From the NCBI GenBank assembly GCA_965267575.1, contig OZ254086.1, forward strand, positions 2,848,001 to 2,912,000: a stretch of 64,000 nucleotides of DNA, in the 5' to 3' direction. Origin of the DNA: Calditrichales bacterium. GTDB taxonomy: Bacteria > Calditrichota > Calditrichia > Calditrichales > J004. The notes below the pieces were generated by a model. That model searched no databases. It was not told where the DNA came from and worked only from the letters and a program-made list of their open reading frames with translations. Shown piece by piece: positions 26,725-36,138 of this stretch. The position numbers were made by a program, and so were the translations under genes. How positions within the stretch are numbered: the first letter of the stretch is position 1; the number at the start of each line of letters is the position of its first letter.

Positions 26725-26931
26725 ATGCAATCAGGTAAAGTAAAAATGTGGGATCCCCTGAAAGGATTTGGCTTCATTACCGATGAAAACGGGGACGACC
26801 TTTTTGTGAATGCAAATGACATCCACCCCTCCTCCGGCAACAAACAACTGCGCGAGGGGCAGCGGGTGAAATTCGACGTGCGCAGCGATATGAAAGGCGA
26901 CCGCGCTGTAAATGTGCGTATCGAAAAATAG
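26725..26931 (+). CDS. Cold-shock domain protein
   Basis: GKVKMW..KGFGFI..DLFVN (RNP1/RNP2), LREGQRV.F, G.RAVNV; GAGG SD. Confidence 0.92.
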   Translation: MQSGKVKMWDPLKGFGFITDENGDDLFVNANDIHPSSGNKQLREGQRVKFDVRSDMKGDRAVNVRIEK

Positions 26932-26988
26932 CGAATAATTTCTTGACAGTGTTTGATAATGCCCGTAAATTAAAAGCTCGTTTTTGAT

Positions 26989-27062
<74 letters not shown>

Positions 27063-27070
27063 CAAGCTTC

Positions 27071-27094
27071 AGCCCCTTCCGAGGGGCTTTTTTT
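27071..27094 (+). terminator. Intrinsic terminator after tRNA-Arg
   Basis: agcccct-tccg-aggggct plus T run. Confidence 0.8.
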
Positions 27095-27117
27095 ATGAAC
27101 AAAATGCCGGTCCAGTA

Positions 27118-27609
27118 ATGTCACAATCCTTTCTGCACCAAGATCCACCTGATATCACTTATATGAAAGAGGCGCTGCGCGAAGCGGCCAAAGCGCTGGC
27201 CGCGGATGAGGTGCCCGTGGGAGCGGTTGTCGTACAGGAAGGGCGGGTGATCGGGCGTGGTTACAATCAGGTTGAAATGCTGAAAGACCCCACAGCACAC
27301 GCTGAAATGATCGCCATTACTGCGGCAACGGCAACCATTGAAGACAAACACCTGCGCGACGCCACGCTTTATGTAACGGTGGAACCTTGCAGTATGTGTG
27401 CCGGAGCTTCGGTACTGGCCCGCCTGAAACGTGTTGTTTACGGAGTTCAGGATGTAAAGACCGGTGCGCACTCCAGTTTATTTAATTTGTTGAATGATCC
27501 GCGGCTCAATCACCGTATTGAGGTTACGCCAGGCATTTTGCGCGAAGAGTGTGCGCGCCTTATGATGCAGTTTTTTGAAAGATTACGCGAGCGGCAGGAA
27601 AATAAATAG
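27118..27609 (+). CDS. tadA: tRNA adenosine(34) deaminase
   Basis: EVPVGAVVV, DPTAHAE, LYVTVEPCSMCAGA, FFERLR. Confidence 0.93.
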   Translation: MSQSFLHQDPPDITYMKEALREAAKALAADEVPVGAVVVQEGRVIGRGYNQVEMLKDPTAHAEMIAITAATATIEDKHLRDATLYVTVEPCSMCAGASVLARLKRVVYGVQDVKTGAHSSLFNLLNDPRLNHRIEVTPGILREECARLMMQFFERLRERQENK

Positions 27610-27677
27610 CTCTTGTTCGAGCCTATTTTGGTTTGAGAAGTAAATAGTGATTCGCTATATTAAAAGCTCGCTTTTTA

Positions 27678-27764
<87 letters not shown>

Positions 27765-27766
27765 TG

Positions 27767-27802
27767 AAGGCAGGTTAATAGCGATCTGCCTTTTCTTTTT
27801 TT
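27767..27802 (+). terminator. Intrinsic terminator after tRNA-Ser(GGA)
   Basis: aaggcaggt...atctgcctt plus T run. Confidence 0.7.
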
Positions 27803-27825
27803 ACATTTTTCAACACGTGTCGCAC

Positions 27826-27913
27826 GGAGAGGTGCGAGAGTGGTTGAATCGGGCGGTCTCGAAAACCGTTGAAGGCCTTGCGTCTTCCGTGGGTTCGAAT
27901 CCCACCCTCTCCG
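27826..27913 (+). tRNA. tRNA-Ser(CGA)
   Basis: GGAGAGG/CCTCTCC acceptor, GCGGT-CTCGAAA-ACCGT, long variable arm. Confidence 0.95.
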
Positions 27914-27916
27914 CTG

Positions 27917-27944
27917 AAAGCAGGTTTTTGGGCCTGCTTTTTTT
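27917..27944 (+). terminator. Intrinsic terminator after tRNA-Ser(CGA)
   Basis: aaagcaggtt...ggcctgcttt plus T run. Confidence 0.75.
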
Positions 27945-28028
27945 ATTTGCTGCATTTTCGGCACAAATTTGAAATTTTAGGCTTCCCCGTCTGCGTTCTA
28001 CAAATACTACTTCTGAAAGGAATATAGC

Positions 28029-28418
28029 ATGAGTAAAGACAAAAAAACGAAATCCGATGAGCATTTGACTTCTGAGCAATACAGGATTCTGCGTCAAAAA
28101 GGAACGGAAGCACCTTTCAGCGGGGAGTATTACAAGCACAAGGAAGACGGTACTTACCTGTGTGCTGCCTGCGGAGAAAAGCTGTTCAGCTCGGAAACGA
28201 AATACGACTCGGGCAGCGGCTGGCCAAGCTTTTACGCACCGGTTGACGGGCAAGCGGTTCATGAGGAACAAGATTTAAGTCACGGCATGAGACGCATTGA
28301 GGTACAATGCAGTAACTGCGGCGGCCACCTGGGGCATGTTTTCCCCGATGGCCCCCGGCCCACAGGGCTAAGGTACTGCATTAATTCCGCCAGCCTGAAA
28401 TTCGAAAAAAAATCATAA
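28029..28418 (+). CDS. msrB: Peptide-methionine (R)-S-oxide reductase
   Basis: GTEAPF, Cxx[32 protein letters not shown]. Confidence 0.97.
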   Translation: MSKDKKTKSDEHLTSEQYRILRQKGTEAPFSGEYYKHKEDGTYLCAACGEKLFSSETKYDSGSGWPSFYAPVDGQAVHEEQDLSHGMRRIEVQCSNCGGHLGHVFPDGPRPTGLRYCINSASLKFEKKS

Positions 28419-28485
28419 CTTTATTTAAACGAAAGCAGTATACATTACACGCACTTTCATGCTGAATATATAACGAGGAATCCGA

Positions 28486-29268
28486 ATGCGCTTACGACAT
28501 TTGTTATACTGCCTGTTTTTTATTTTTACATTTCAGACATGTCTTAGCGGGCAAACACGCTTTATTTGGCCTGCAGGAGAAGAGCTGACGTATAACGTAA
28601 GCTGGTCGTTTATCAATCTGGGAACAGTGAAATTAAAAGTCCTGGGTAAAACCGAAATCGATGGGAAACAGGTCAATCGTGTTAAATTTACCATTCAATC
28701 CAACCCGATGCTTTTTTGGCTGGAAAACGAAAGCGTTTATGAAAGCTTTATCGACGACAGCCTGCGGACAATACGCTTTATTACCGATGAGTATGTAGAT
28801 GGTGTGGCTTACAAAGCCGTTTATAACTTTAACTATACCGACAGCCTGGTAAATATAAACCTGCTGGAGAATACGGACAGTACGAAGTCTATTGACCGCG
28901 TGATTGAGATGCGTCAACGGCTTATTGATGGTATAGCTCTGATTTATGATACCCGGGAACAGGTTAACCTTAAAAATCACTACAGCAGAACCACTTTTTT
29001 TGAAGACAATACGGGTGATGTGGAGCTTATCGCGACGGGCCGGACTGAGCCTGTGGAAATAGACAGCCTTGATCAGCCCATTGAGAGTTGGTTGCTGGAA
29101 GGTAACATTCATATAAAAGGTATTGCCGGTGTTACCGGTCCATATAAGGGCTGGTTCAGCGCCGATGAATCGCGCGTCCCCGTTTTCGCGGAGCTGAAAG
29201 TATTTATCGGGAATGTAAAAGTAGAACTGGAAGACTGGGAAAAATGGCACCCCCCGATGCTCAACTAG
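28486..29268 (+). CDS. DUF3108-like exported protein
   Basis: Signal peptide; GEELTYNVSW..INLG; WFSADESRVPV...VFIG.V. Confidence 0.7.
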   Translation: MRLRHLLYCLFFIFTFQTCLSGQTRFIWPAGEELTYNVSWSFINLGTVKLKVLGKTEIDGKQVNRVKFTIQSNPMLFWLENESVYESFIDDSLRTIRFITDEYVDGVAYKAVYNFNYTDSLVNINLLENTDSTKSIDRVIEMRQRLIDGIALIYDTREQVNLKNHYSRTTFFEDNTGDVELIATGRTEPVEIDSLDQPIESWLLEGNIHIKGIAGVTGPYKGWFSADESRVPVFAELKVFIGNVKVELEDWEKWHPPMLN

Positions 29269-30200
29269 GATTGCCCCTTTACAAAGCGCCCTTCTTTCTG
29301 CCCGGCGGTCATCTGCAGACCATCTGTCCCTCCTTTAGAAACAACTTTAACGCGTCCCTTTACCGGCGTGAACGCATTCATACCGGGGATGACGATTTCC
29401 TCGATCTGGATTGGGTTGCTTCCGGCCATAAGCGGCTCGCTATGCTTTCACACGGGTTGGAAGGCAGCAGCCACAGGCCATATATCACGGGAATGGCGCA
29501 CCGGCTTAAGGATGACTGGGACGTTCTGGCCTGGAACTTTCGCTCATGCAGCGGCGAGCTGAACCGCCAACTCCGCTTTTATCATAGCGGCGCCACGGAC
29601 GACCTTGCACGGGTTATCGCCCATGCCCGCACCAAAGGGTATAAACAAATCGTGCTGATTGGATTTTCGATGGGTGGTAATATTTCACTGCTTTACCTGG
29701 CGGAGCAGCCGGACAGCGCGGTAGCCGGTGCCATTGCCTTCTCCGTGCCCTGCGATCTGGCCGGCAGCGCGCGGCAGCTTGCAAGGTTTTCCAACAAGAT
29801 ATATATGGATCGTTTTATGCGCCTCTTGCGACAAAAAGTCCTGGCCAAAAGCCTTATCTTTCCCGCACTTGATGTACGCGATCTTGAAAAAGTAAAAACG
29901 TTTAAAGATTTTGACGATCGTTACACGGCCCCGATCCATGGTTTTGCTTCAGCGGAAGATTACTGGCGCAAATGCAGCAGTCTTTTCCGGATAAGTGAAA
30001 TCAGCCGGCCCGCGTTTATTATCAATGCCGCCAACGATCCTTTTCTTTCCGAAAAATGTTACCCTGTGCAAGAAGCAGCGGAAAATCCTAATGTAAACCT
30101 TATTATTCCCCGGCAGGGAGGACATGCCGGATTCCCGCAAAAGGGCACATATTATTGGTCGGAAGAAGCCGCTGCATTGCTTTTACAACGTTTTAGCTGA
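29244..30200 (+). CDS. YheT-family alpha/beta hydrolase
   Basis: GHLQT, HGLEGSS, NFRSCSG, FYHSG, GFSMGG, NDPF, GGHAGF. Confidence 0.9.
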   Translation: MAPPDAQLGLPLYKAPFFLPGGHLQTICPSFRNNFNASLYRRERIHTGDDDFLDLDWVASGHKRLAMLSHGLEGSSHRPYITGMAHRLKDDWDVLAWNFRSCSGELNRQLRFYHSGATDDLARVIAHARTKGYKQIVLIGFSMGGNISLLYLAEQPDSAVAGAIAFSVPCDLAGSARQLARFSNKIYMDRFMRLLRQKVLAKSLIFPALDVRDLEKVKTFKDFDDRYTAPIHGFASAEDYWRKCSSLFRISEISRPAFIINAANDPFLSEKCYPVQEAAENPNVNLIIPRQGGHAGFPQKGTYYWSEEAAALLLQRFS

Positions 30201-30239
30201 TTAAAGTTTTATTAGCCCCCGGTAAGCTTTAAATTCATT

Positions 30240-30268
30240 CTCATACAATACTAACATAAATCTAACAT
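30240..30268 (+). promoter_or_regulatory. Candidate Pho-box-like direct repeats (11-bp period)
   Basis: CTAACAT at 30251 and 30262, weaker CTCATAC at 30240, upstream of the OmpR/PhoB-type regulator. Confidence 0.5.
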
Positions 30269-30318
30269 GCTTTCCGCACATTTATTCTCTTTGTAAAACC
30301 ATTTCAAAGGAAAGAAAA

Positions 30319-31011
30319 GTGGCAAAAGAAAAAATCTTTGTGGTGGATGACGAGGAAGACATTCTCGACCTGGTCGAGTACATTCTCAGCAAGGAAGGCT
30401 ACAAGCTGCGCCGCTTTACGTCCGGCGAGGATGTGCTTAAGGCCATACGTCAGGACAAACCCGAGCTGCTGCTGCTGGACCTGATGCTGCCCGGCGTGGA
30501 CGGCCTTGACGTTTGTAAAATGATTAAGCGCGATGACGAACTGGGCAACCTGCCTATCATCATGCTCACCGCCAAGGGCGAAGAAGCCGATATTGTCAGC
30601 GGACTGGAGATCGGGGCAGACGATTATATCACGAAGCCGTTCAGTTCGCGGGTATTGCTGGCACGTATTAAGGCTATTCTCAGACGCCAGAATTCCAGGC
30701 TCAGCAATGATGAAAGCATCATTGAGATAGAAGGCATTACCATTCATCCCGGCCGCCACGAAGTGACAATTGATGGCAAGCGTATTGATCTGACTTTTTC
30801 TGAATTCCGCCTGTTGCAACTTCTTGCCAAAAGGCCAGGCTGGGTCTACTCACGTTACCAGATTGTTGATGCGTTGCGTGGCAGCGATTACCCGGTCACC
30901 GAACGCGCCGTCGACGTGCAGGTGGTAGGCTTGCGCAAAAAGCTGGGCAAAAAGGGCAAACTGATTGAAACCGTACGCGGCGTGGGTTACAAGTTCCGGG
31001 AGCCGCAATGA
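30319..31011 (+). CDS. phoB: OmpR/PhoB family response regulator (PhoB/PhoP-like)
   Basis: REC (DDEED, LLDLMLP, KPF) plus winged helix ERAVDVQV..LRKKL, ETVRGVGY. Confidence 0.8.
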   Translation: MAKEKIFVVDDEEDILDLVEYILSKEGYKLRRFTSGEDVLKAIRQDKPELLLLDLMLPGVDGLDVCKMIKRDDELGNLPIIMLTAKGEEADIVSGLEIGADDYITKPFSSRVLLARIKAILRRQNSRLSNDESIIEIEGITIHPGRHEVTIDGKRIDLTFSEFRLLQLLAKRPGWVYSRYQIVDALRGSDYPVTERAVDVQVVGLRKKLGKKGKLIETVRGVGYKFREPQ

Positions 31012-32774
31012 AAAAGAGTCGCCTATGGTGGCAGATCTTTTCCACATCTCTTCTTATTACCATTCTGGCGCTGGTGGCCGTAAGCTGGTATGCTTCCGAC
31101 CTGGGGCGCGATTTCTATCTGAATAAAACATCGGAAAACCTGGAGATACGCGCTAAGCTTATTACCGGACTGATTGCTGACAGCAGCGGTCAAAAGTTGC
31201 ACACGGACAGGCTGAAAGGCCTCGAAGATGAGATTGAGACGCGCATAACCATCATTCTGGCTGATGGCCGGGTAATCTACGATTCTGATGAAGACCCGCA
31301 GGTGATGGACAACCATAAAGCGCGCCCCGAGGTGGCCCAGGCGCTGGACGGCGCCGCAGGCACATCCATGCGTTTTAGCAATACGGTTAAAAAAAATATG
31401 ATGTACGTGGCGGTGCCTTATGTCGTAAATGACAAGCCGTATGCCGTGGTACGCACCTCACGTGATGTGGAGGCCATCGACGAGACGATTTCCGCTTTGC
31501 AGCAGCGCATTGTGTATTATGGATTGTTTATAACCGCTCTGACAGCCTTGATCAGCCTGTATACCACGCGACGCATTTCCAATCCCCTGGAGCAGATCAT
31601 TATCGGGGTGGAGAAATTTGCCGATGGCGAACTACACGCCCGCTTGCCTGACCCGCCAACACGCGAGATGTCCAAGCTGGCATCTGCGCTTAACAAAATG
31701 GCAGCGCAGATCGACGAAAAGATGGAGACGATCACGCAACAGCGTAACCAGCAAAAAGCAGTTTTTGAAAGCATGGCGGAGGGCGTCATTGCCGTTGATC
31801 GCGGCGAGAAGGTTATCAGCATTAATACGGCTGCCGCGCGGCTCCTGGGCTCAGTAAAAAAGTCTATGACCGGCCAGCAGGTAGATAAGATTATCACCAA
31901 CACGCAACTTAAAAACATGATCCTGGGCTGCCTGAAAAGCAACCAGCGCCAGGAGGCGGAAATCGTTTTGAAGCACCCCGAGGAGCAATACGTGAAAGTG
32001 CAGGCCAGCACGCTCAAAGCGGAAAACGGCGATACAATCGGCGCCTTGCTTGTATTAAATGACGTGACACGACTGCGCCACCTGGAAAGCGGACGGCGTG
32101 AGTTTGTGGCCAATGTATCGCACGAAATACGTACACCGTTAACCAGCATTAAGGGCTTCGTGGAAGCGTTGCAGGAAGGCGCCATCAGCGAGCCGGACAA
32201 TGCCCGTAAGTTTCTGGACATCATCGCCCGGCAAACCAACCGGCTGAGTACGATACTTGAAGATTTGCTGACCCTCTCGCGGTTGGAGCGTGAAGGCGAG
32301 CATGATGAAATCAGCTTTAATAAGGAAAAAATCAAACCTATTCTTGAAGAAGCGTTGCAGATCTGTGAACCTAAAGCGGAGAAGAAAAACGCCAAAATTC
32401 ATGTAGAGTGCGATCCCGATTTGCGGGCGAGGCTCAATGCGCCGCTTGTTGAAGAAGCACTGATAAACCTGATTGACAATGCCATAAAATACAGCCCTGA
32501 TGGACGCAGTATCTGGCTTAGTGCGGAAAAGAGCGACGGAGAAATGCTGATCCGCGTAAAAGACGAAGGCAACGGCATCGCCCGCGAACACCTGCCACGC
32601 ATTTTTGAACGATTCTACCGCGTGGATAAGGCGCGCAGCCGCAAAATGGGCGGCACGGGACTGGGGCTGGCGATCGTAAAACACATTGCTCTTGTGCACG
32701 GCGGGCGCGTGGAAGTGGACAGTGATACGGGCAAGGGCAGCACCTTTACCATCCATCTGCCGGCGCTGGATTAG
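31008..32774 (+). CDS. phoR: PhoR-like sensor histidine kinase (TM-sensor-HAMP-PAS-HisKA-HATPase)
   Basis: MDNH..RPEV sensor, FVANVSHEIRTPLT, NAIKY, FERFYRVDKARSR..GGTGLGL. Confidence 0.85.
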   Translation: MKKSRLWWQIFSTSLLITILALVAVSWYASDLGRDFYLNKTSENLEIRAKLITGLIADSSGQKLHTDRLKGLEDEIETRITIILADGRVIYDSDEDPQVMDNHKARPEVAQALDGAAGTSMRFSNTVKKNMMYVAVPYVVNDKPYAVVRTSRDVEAIDETISALQQRIVYYGLFITALTALISLYTTRRISNPLEQIIIGVEKFADGELHARLPDPPTREMSKLASALNKMAAQIDEKMETITQQRNQQKAVFESMAEGVIAVDRGEKVISINTAAARLLGSVKKSMTGQQVDKIITNTQLKNMILGCLKSNQRQEAEIVLKHPEEQYVKVQASTLKAENGDTIGALLVLNDVTRLRHLESGRREFVANVSHEIRTPLTSIKGFVEALQEGAISEPDNARKFLDIIARQTNRLSTILEDLLTLSRLEREGEHDEISFNKEKIKPILEEALQICEPKAEKKNAKIHVECDPDLRARLNAPLVEEALINLIDNAIKYSPDGRSIWLSAEKSDGEMLIRVKDEGNGIAREHLPRIFERFYRVDKARSRKMGGTGLGLAIVKHIALVHGGRVEVDSDTGKGSTFTIHLPALD

Positions 32775-32882
32775 GCCGCGCTGGTCAGATTCAATCCGCT
32801 CCGCCGCAGGTGGATAACTTATGCCCGTTGCTGTCGAAGATGAACATAGCACATGTGATAACTCCGGAGAAAAGGTTTAGAT

Positions 32883-33275
32883 ATGTCCCGCGTACTGATT
32901 GTTGACGATGTACCCATCACGCACCGAATAATTAAGAATATTCTGGGCAGCCAATATGACTACAGCACCGCCGAGTGCGGTCTGAGCGCGCTGGACGCCT
33001 ACCATAAAAGCTTCAAAAGAGAAGAGCCCTTCGATATTATTTTTCTGGATATACTCATTCCGCATAAAGACGGCCTGGATGTCCTGCGCCACATACGGGA
33101 ATACGAACAGCAGCGCAGCGATGGCTACCATTCGTACGTGATCGTGATAACTCACCTGAAAAGCCAGGATATTGAGAATAAGGCGCAGGAAGCCGGTTGT
33201 GATGCTTTTGTGCGCAAACCCCTGTTGCGCGAAGAGATCATGAGCCGCGTAGAAGAGGTCGATACACCGGCCTAG
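32883..33275 (+). CDS. Single-domain response regulator (CheY-like)
   Basis: VLIVDD, FLDILIP..DG, IT, AGCDAFVRKP. Confidence 0.85.
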   Translation: MSRVLIVDDVPITHRIIKNILGSQYDYSTAECGLSALDAYHKSFKREEPFDIIFLDILIPHKDGLDVLRHIREYEQQRSDGYHSYVIVITHLKSQDIENKAQEAGCDAFVRKPLLREEIMSRVEEVDTPA

Positions 33276-34144
33276 TCATCATCAGGCTCCACGTGAACCA
33301 CAATATCTTCCACCGGCAAATCGGACGCCAGCAAGCGGTCTTCAACTTCGTGGCCAATGGCATGGCCTTCCGTTACACTTAATTTTCCATCCACGGCGAT
33401 ATGAATATCCATCAGTATGGAGAGCCCGCTCTTGCGCACGCGGCATTTGTTAATCGCGCGCACGCCGTTCACTTCCAGCGCTGTTTTGATAATCTTCTTT
33501 GTTAAATCTTCATCTACCGTGGCATCCATGATCTCATCCAGGGCGGGTTGAATAAGGCGCACGCCGTTGTAAAGAATAATGATGCAGCTGAACAGGGCGG
33601 CCCAGTCATCGGCGGGGGCATACTCTTCACCACCGATCAGGGCAATCGAAATACCTACAAATGCGGCGATGGAAGTAATGGCGTCCGAGCGATGATGCCA
33701 GGCGTCGTTACTTACAGACGTGCTGCCGATTTCGCTGCCGGCTTTGAAGGCGTAACGAAAAAGGCTCTCCTTGATGATAATAACCAGCAGAAGCACCGGC
33801 AGCGTGTACCAGGCCGGCACATGGTGCGGTGTAACAATTTCGCGGATGCTGTTGAAGGCGATGAGCAGGGCGGCGGCAACCAGGATAATGGCTACGAGCA
33901 GGCCGGCGACCGATTCCGCTTTGCCATGGCCGTAGGGATGGTTTTCGTCCGGCGGGCGGCGGGCAATGCGCAGACCGCTCCAAACCAGGATGGAGGAAAA
34001 AATATCGGTTGTGGATTCAATGCCATCAGCAACCAGCGCGTAGGAATTACCCACAAGACCGGTAACGATCTTGACGGCGGCCAAAAAAGCATTGGCCAAA
34101 ATGGCAACAATCGATGTGCGCATACCGCGTTTACTGTCTGGCAT
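33272..34144 (-). CDS. Cation diffusion facilitator (FieF-like)
   Basis: ALVADGIESTTD, HPYGHGKAE, DAWHHRSD, VHVEP. Confidence 0.93.
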   Translation of the reverse strand: MPDSKRGMRTSIVAILANAFLAAVKIVTGLVGNSYALVADGIESTTDIFSSILVWSGLRIARRPPDENHPYGHGKAESVAGLLVAIILVAAALLIAFNSIREIVTPHHVPAWYTLPVLLLVIIIKESLFRYAFKAGSEIGSTSVSNDAWHHRSDAITSIAAFVGISIALIGGEEYAPADDWAALFSCIIILYNGVRLIQPALDEIMDATVDEDLTKKIIKTALEVNGVRAINKCRVRKSGLSILMDIHIAVDGKLSVTEGHAIGHEVEDRLLASDLPVEDIVVHVEPDDD

Positions 34145-34202
34145 AATAACTTTCCCGCTTGAAATCGGAATTTACAACTTCCACAATTAAAATGCAGGGG
34201 TA

Positions 34203-35180
34203 TCAACGGGTCAGCAAAGCATCTATTGAGAATTTGAAATAGTCTTTACGCCAGGCGGGATCAAATAAATCCAACAAATAGGCCTTGCCCATGCCCAGGT
34301 AGTAAAACTGAATACGTCCGCGCACCCCTTCGCCCACAAAACGAATCGGATTCAGATCGTTCCGGTAATCGCCGTGCCATGTTTTGGCATAGTTAGCATC
34401 AGCATAATATTGCATGAAGCGATCCTTTGGCCGGTAAAGCGCGCTGTCCGCCGCGATGCGGGCTGTTTCGCGCTCCGTGTAGCGGGCCACGCCTTCGTTC
34501 CACTCCATCCATTGTTTAAATCGCCAATCCAGGCTGTCTGAAAAAACGCGCCCTGCAACCTTCTGAAAATGCGCATGGAGTTTTTTTATTTTTTGATCGT
34601 TTTCGCCGTTGTGAATGGCGTCGAAAATGTGCTCTGCCTCCAACCGCATGTAAGAGGAGATAATGCCGTCATCATACGGAAAAGGGTAGGAGAGTTCGTG
34701 TTTATCGGCGTGTGGTCCAATAAAGGGGTTGACGATCCGTTGCGGTCTTACTTTGTTTTGGTAAACATGAAACAATTCGTGAACGCCTTTTATGGCCCAG
34801 CGGCAGGGATCGTCATCTTTCCCCGGCGCCGTCATTACAACCGTAAAATGCCCGTTAACCGGATATGCCGCGCGGTAACTGAGAGAGTCACTGTTGCCGG
34901 CCATGTAGAGGGTGTCGCCGTAGAGGGAATCGAAAACGGCTTTGTAACGGGCCGGCGGCTTGGGATGGTTCAGCAGAAAATCCCATTGTGCCGTTTTGTA
35001 CAGGAAAGGCGCGTCGTCTGCAACCCATCCTGGCCAAATGGATGTGGCCGCCTCCCGTTGCAGATGGTACACTTCATCAATTATGGCCATATCGGCAGGC
35101 GTCAGCGACGGAGAAGGAGCGGGCGTTTGCGAGAAAAGAACCTGTCCGAACAATAACAAAACAAAAGCGGAGCGCAGCAT
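34203..35180 (-). CDS. Exported HEXXH protein, probable gluzincin metallopeptidase
   Basis: Signal peptide after GGAGG SD; VHELFHVYQ and downstream NEGVARY. Confidence 0.65.
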   Translation of the reverse strand: MLRSAFVLLLFGQVLFSQTPAPSPSLTPADMAIIDEVYHLQREAATSIWPGWVADDAPFLYKTAQWDFLLNHPKPPARYKAVFDSLYGDTLYMAGNSDSLSYRAAYPVNGHFTVVMTAPGKDDDPCRWAIKGVHELFHVYQNKVRPQRIVNPFIGPHADKHELSYPFPYDDGIISSYMRLEAEHIFDAIHNGENDQKIKKLHAHFQKVAGRVFSDSLDWRFKQWMEWNEGVARYTERETARIAADSALYRPKDRFMQYYADANYAKTWHGDYRNDLNPIRFVGEGVRGRIQFYYLGMGKAYLLDLFDPAWRKDYFKFSIDALLTR

Positions 35181-35194
35181 GAATACCTCCACAC

Positions 35195-35692
35195 TTAATT
35201 GAGATAAAAGGAGCGACTCCGGAAGATATTAAATCTGTCATATACGATTCCATTGTTGCCATCGGAAAAACCCAGGCTGATATAAACAGGTCCTTTTTGC
35301 CTGGTGCGTAGTTGCAACGGGATGGTTATAATGGCGTTTCCACGGAAGTCCATTTCCGAAGGCGGCACTGTGTGAATCTGAATACTGCTGTCCGGCAAAA
35401 CTATTTCCAGGAAAAGGGCCTGCCGCTTTGCGCCGCCCGTATCTCCTGCCGGACACACATTGACGTAGCCGCGGTACACATAAATTTCCCTGAAGTGGCG
35501 AACCCTGGACGGCACCGGGAGGCGCGGTCTGCCGTTATCAAAAACCGGTTTTTTGATTGTGTAGATATACTCAAGTGAAAAATCGCTGATGTAGTAGGGG
35601 TAAAAAGAGCTGCCGCCGTCCGTGGCACTGTCACGCACGGTATGGCAGGATATAAGCAGAATGAGGCTTAAAAGCGGCAGGATTTTCGGCAT
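35195..35692 (-). CDS. Hypothetical lipoprotein
   Basis: MPKILPLLSLILLISC lipobox; tightly upstream of the HEXXH gene. Confidence 0.6.
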   Translation of the reverse strand: MPKILPLLSLILLISCHTVRDSATDGGSSFYPYYISDFSLEYIYTIKKPVFDNGRPRLPVPSRVRHFREIYVYRGYVNVCPAGDTGGAKRQALFLEIVLPDSSIQIHTVPPSEMDFRGNAIITIPLQLRTRQKGPVYISLGFSDGNNGIVYDRFNIFRSRSFYLN

Positions 35693-35810
35693 AGCGTTTT
35701 TCCCGTTTATCCGGGAAACAGGGCAATAAAAATGCCAATGGATGCAGGGGCTCTTAAGTGGGATTTTTGAAAGAAAAATGTAAACGTACTTATCAGAAGA
35801 TGTAAACGAT

Positions 35811-36135
35811 GTGTTAGAGTGTTAAGGTGCTAAAGTTATCTTGATCATGATCGTGATCATGCTCATGATCTTTTTAGCTGTGCCGGCATTTTCGCCAGAG
35901 TTTTTTGGGCAGCAGGTGGTTGCGTATGGATTCCTGCTTTCGCAGGAATGACAATTATGTTTCTATTCCGAATTTCCAATTAAGCTTGGGACGGTGTCAA
36001 AGTGTTCAGGTAATCTTGATCATGCTCATGATATTTTTTGCTGTGCCGGCATTTTCGCCAATATTTTTTGGGCAGCAGGTGGTTGCGTGTGGATTCCTGC
36101 CTTCGCAGGAATGACAATTATGTTCGTCAATTCCA
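35811..36135. repeat. Tandemly duplicated composite repeat (8-mer array + GATC array + spacer + dRS3-like hairpin), two copies
   Basis: Copy 1 approx. 35811-35975 and copy 2 approx. 35993-36135 share gatcatgctcatgat...gctgtgccggcattttcgcca...ttttttgggcagcaggtggttgcgt.tggattcctgc.ttcgcaggaatgacaattatgtt. Confidence 0.9.
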
Positions 36136-36138
36136 AAT

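Noticed and set aside
28029..28418. Selenocysteine or recoding in msrB or other redox genes
   Set aside because: The catalytic residue is Cys (RYCINS); no in-frame TGA read-through or frameshifted gene pair was found in the window
32809..32818. DnaA-box-like GTGGATAAC
   Set aside because: Single imperfect copy with no box cluster or AT-rich unwinding element
35811..36135. Possible CRISPR array
   Set aside because: Only two long units whose 'spacers' are also duplicated; no unique spacers and no cas genes
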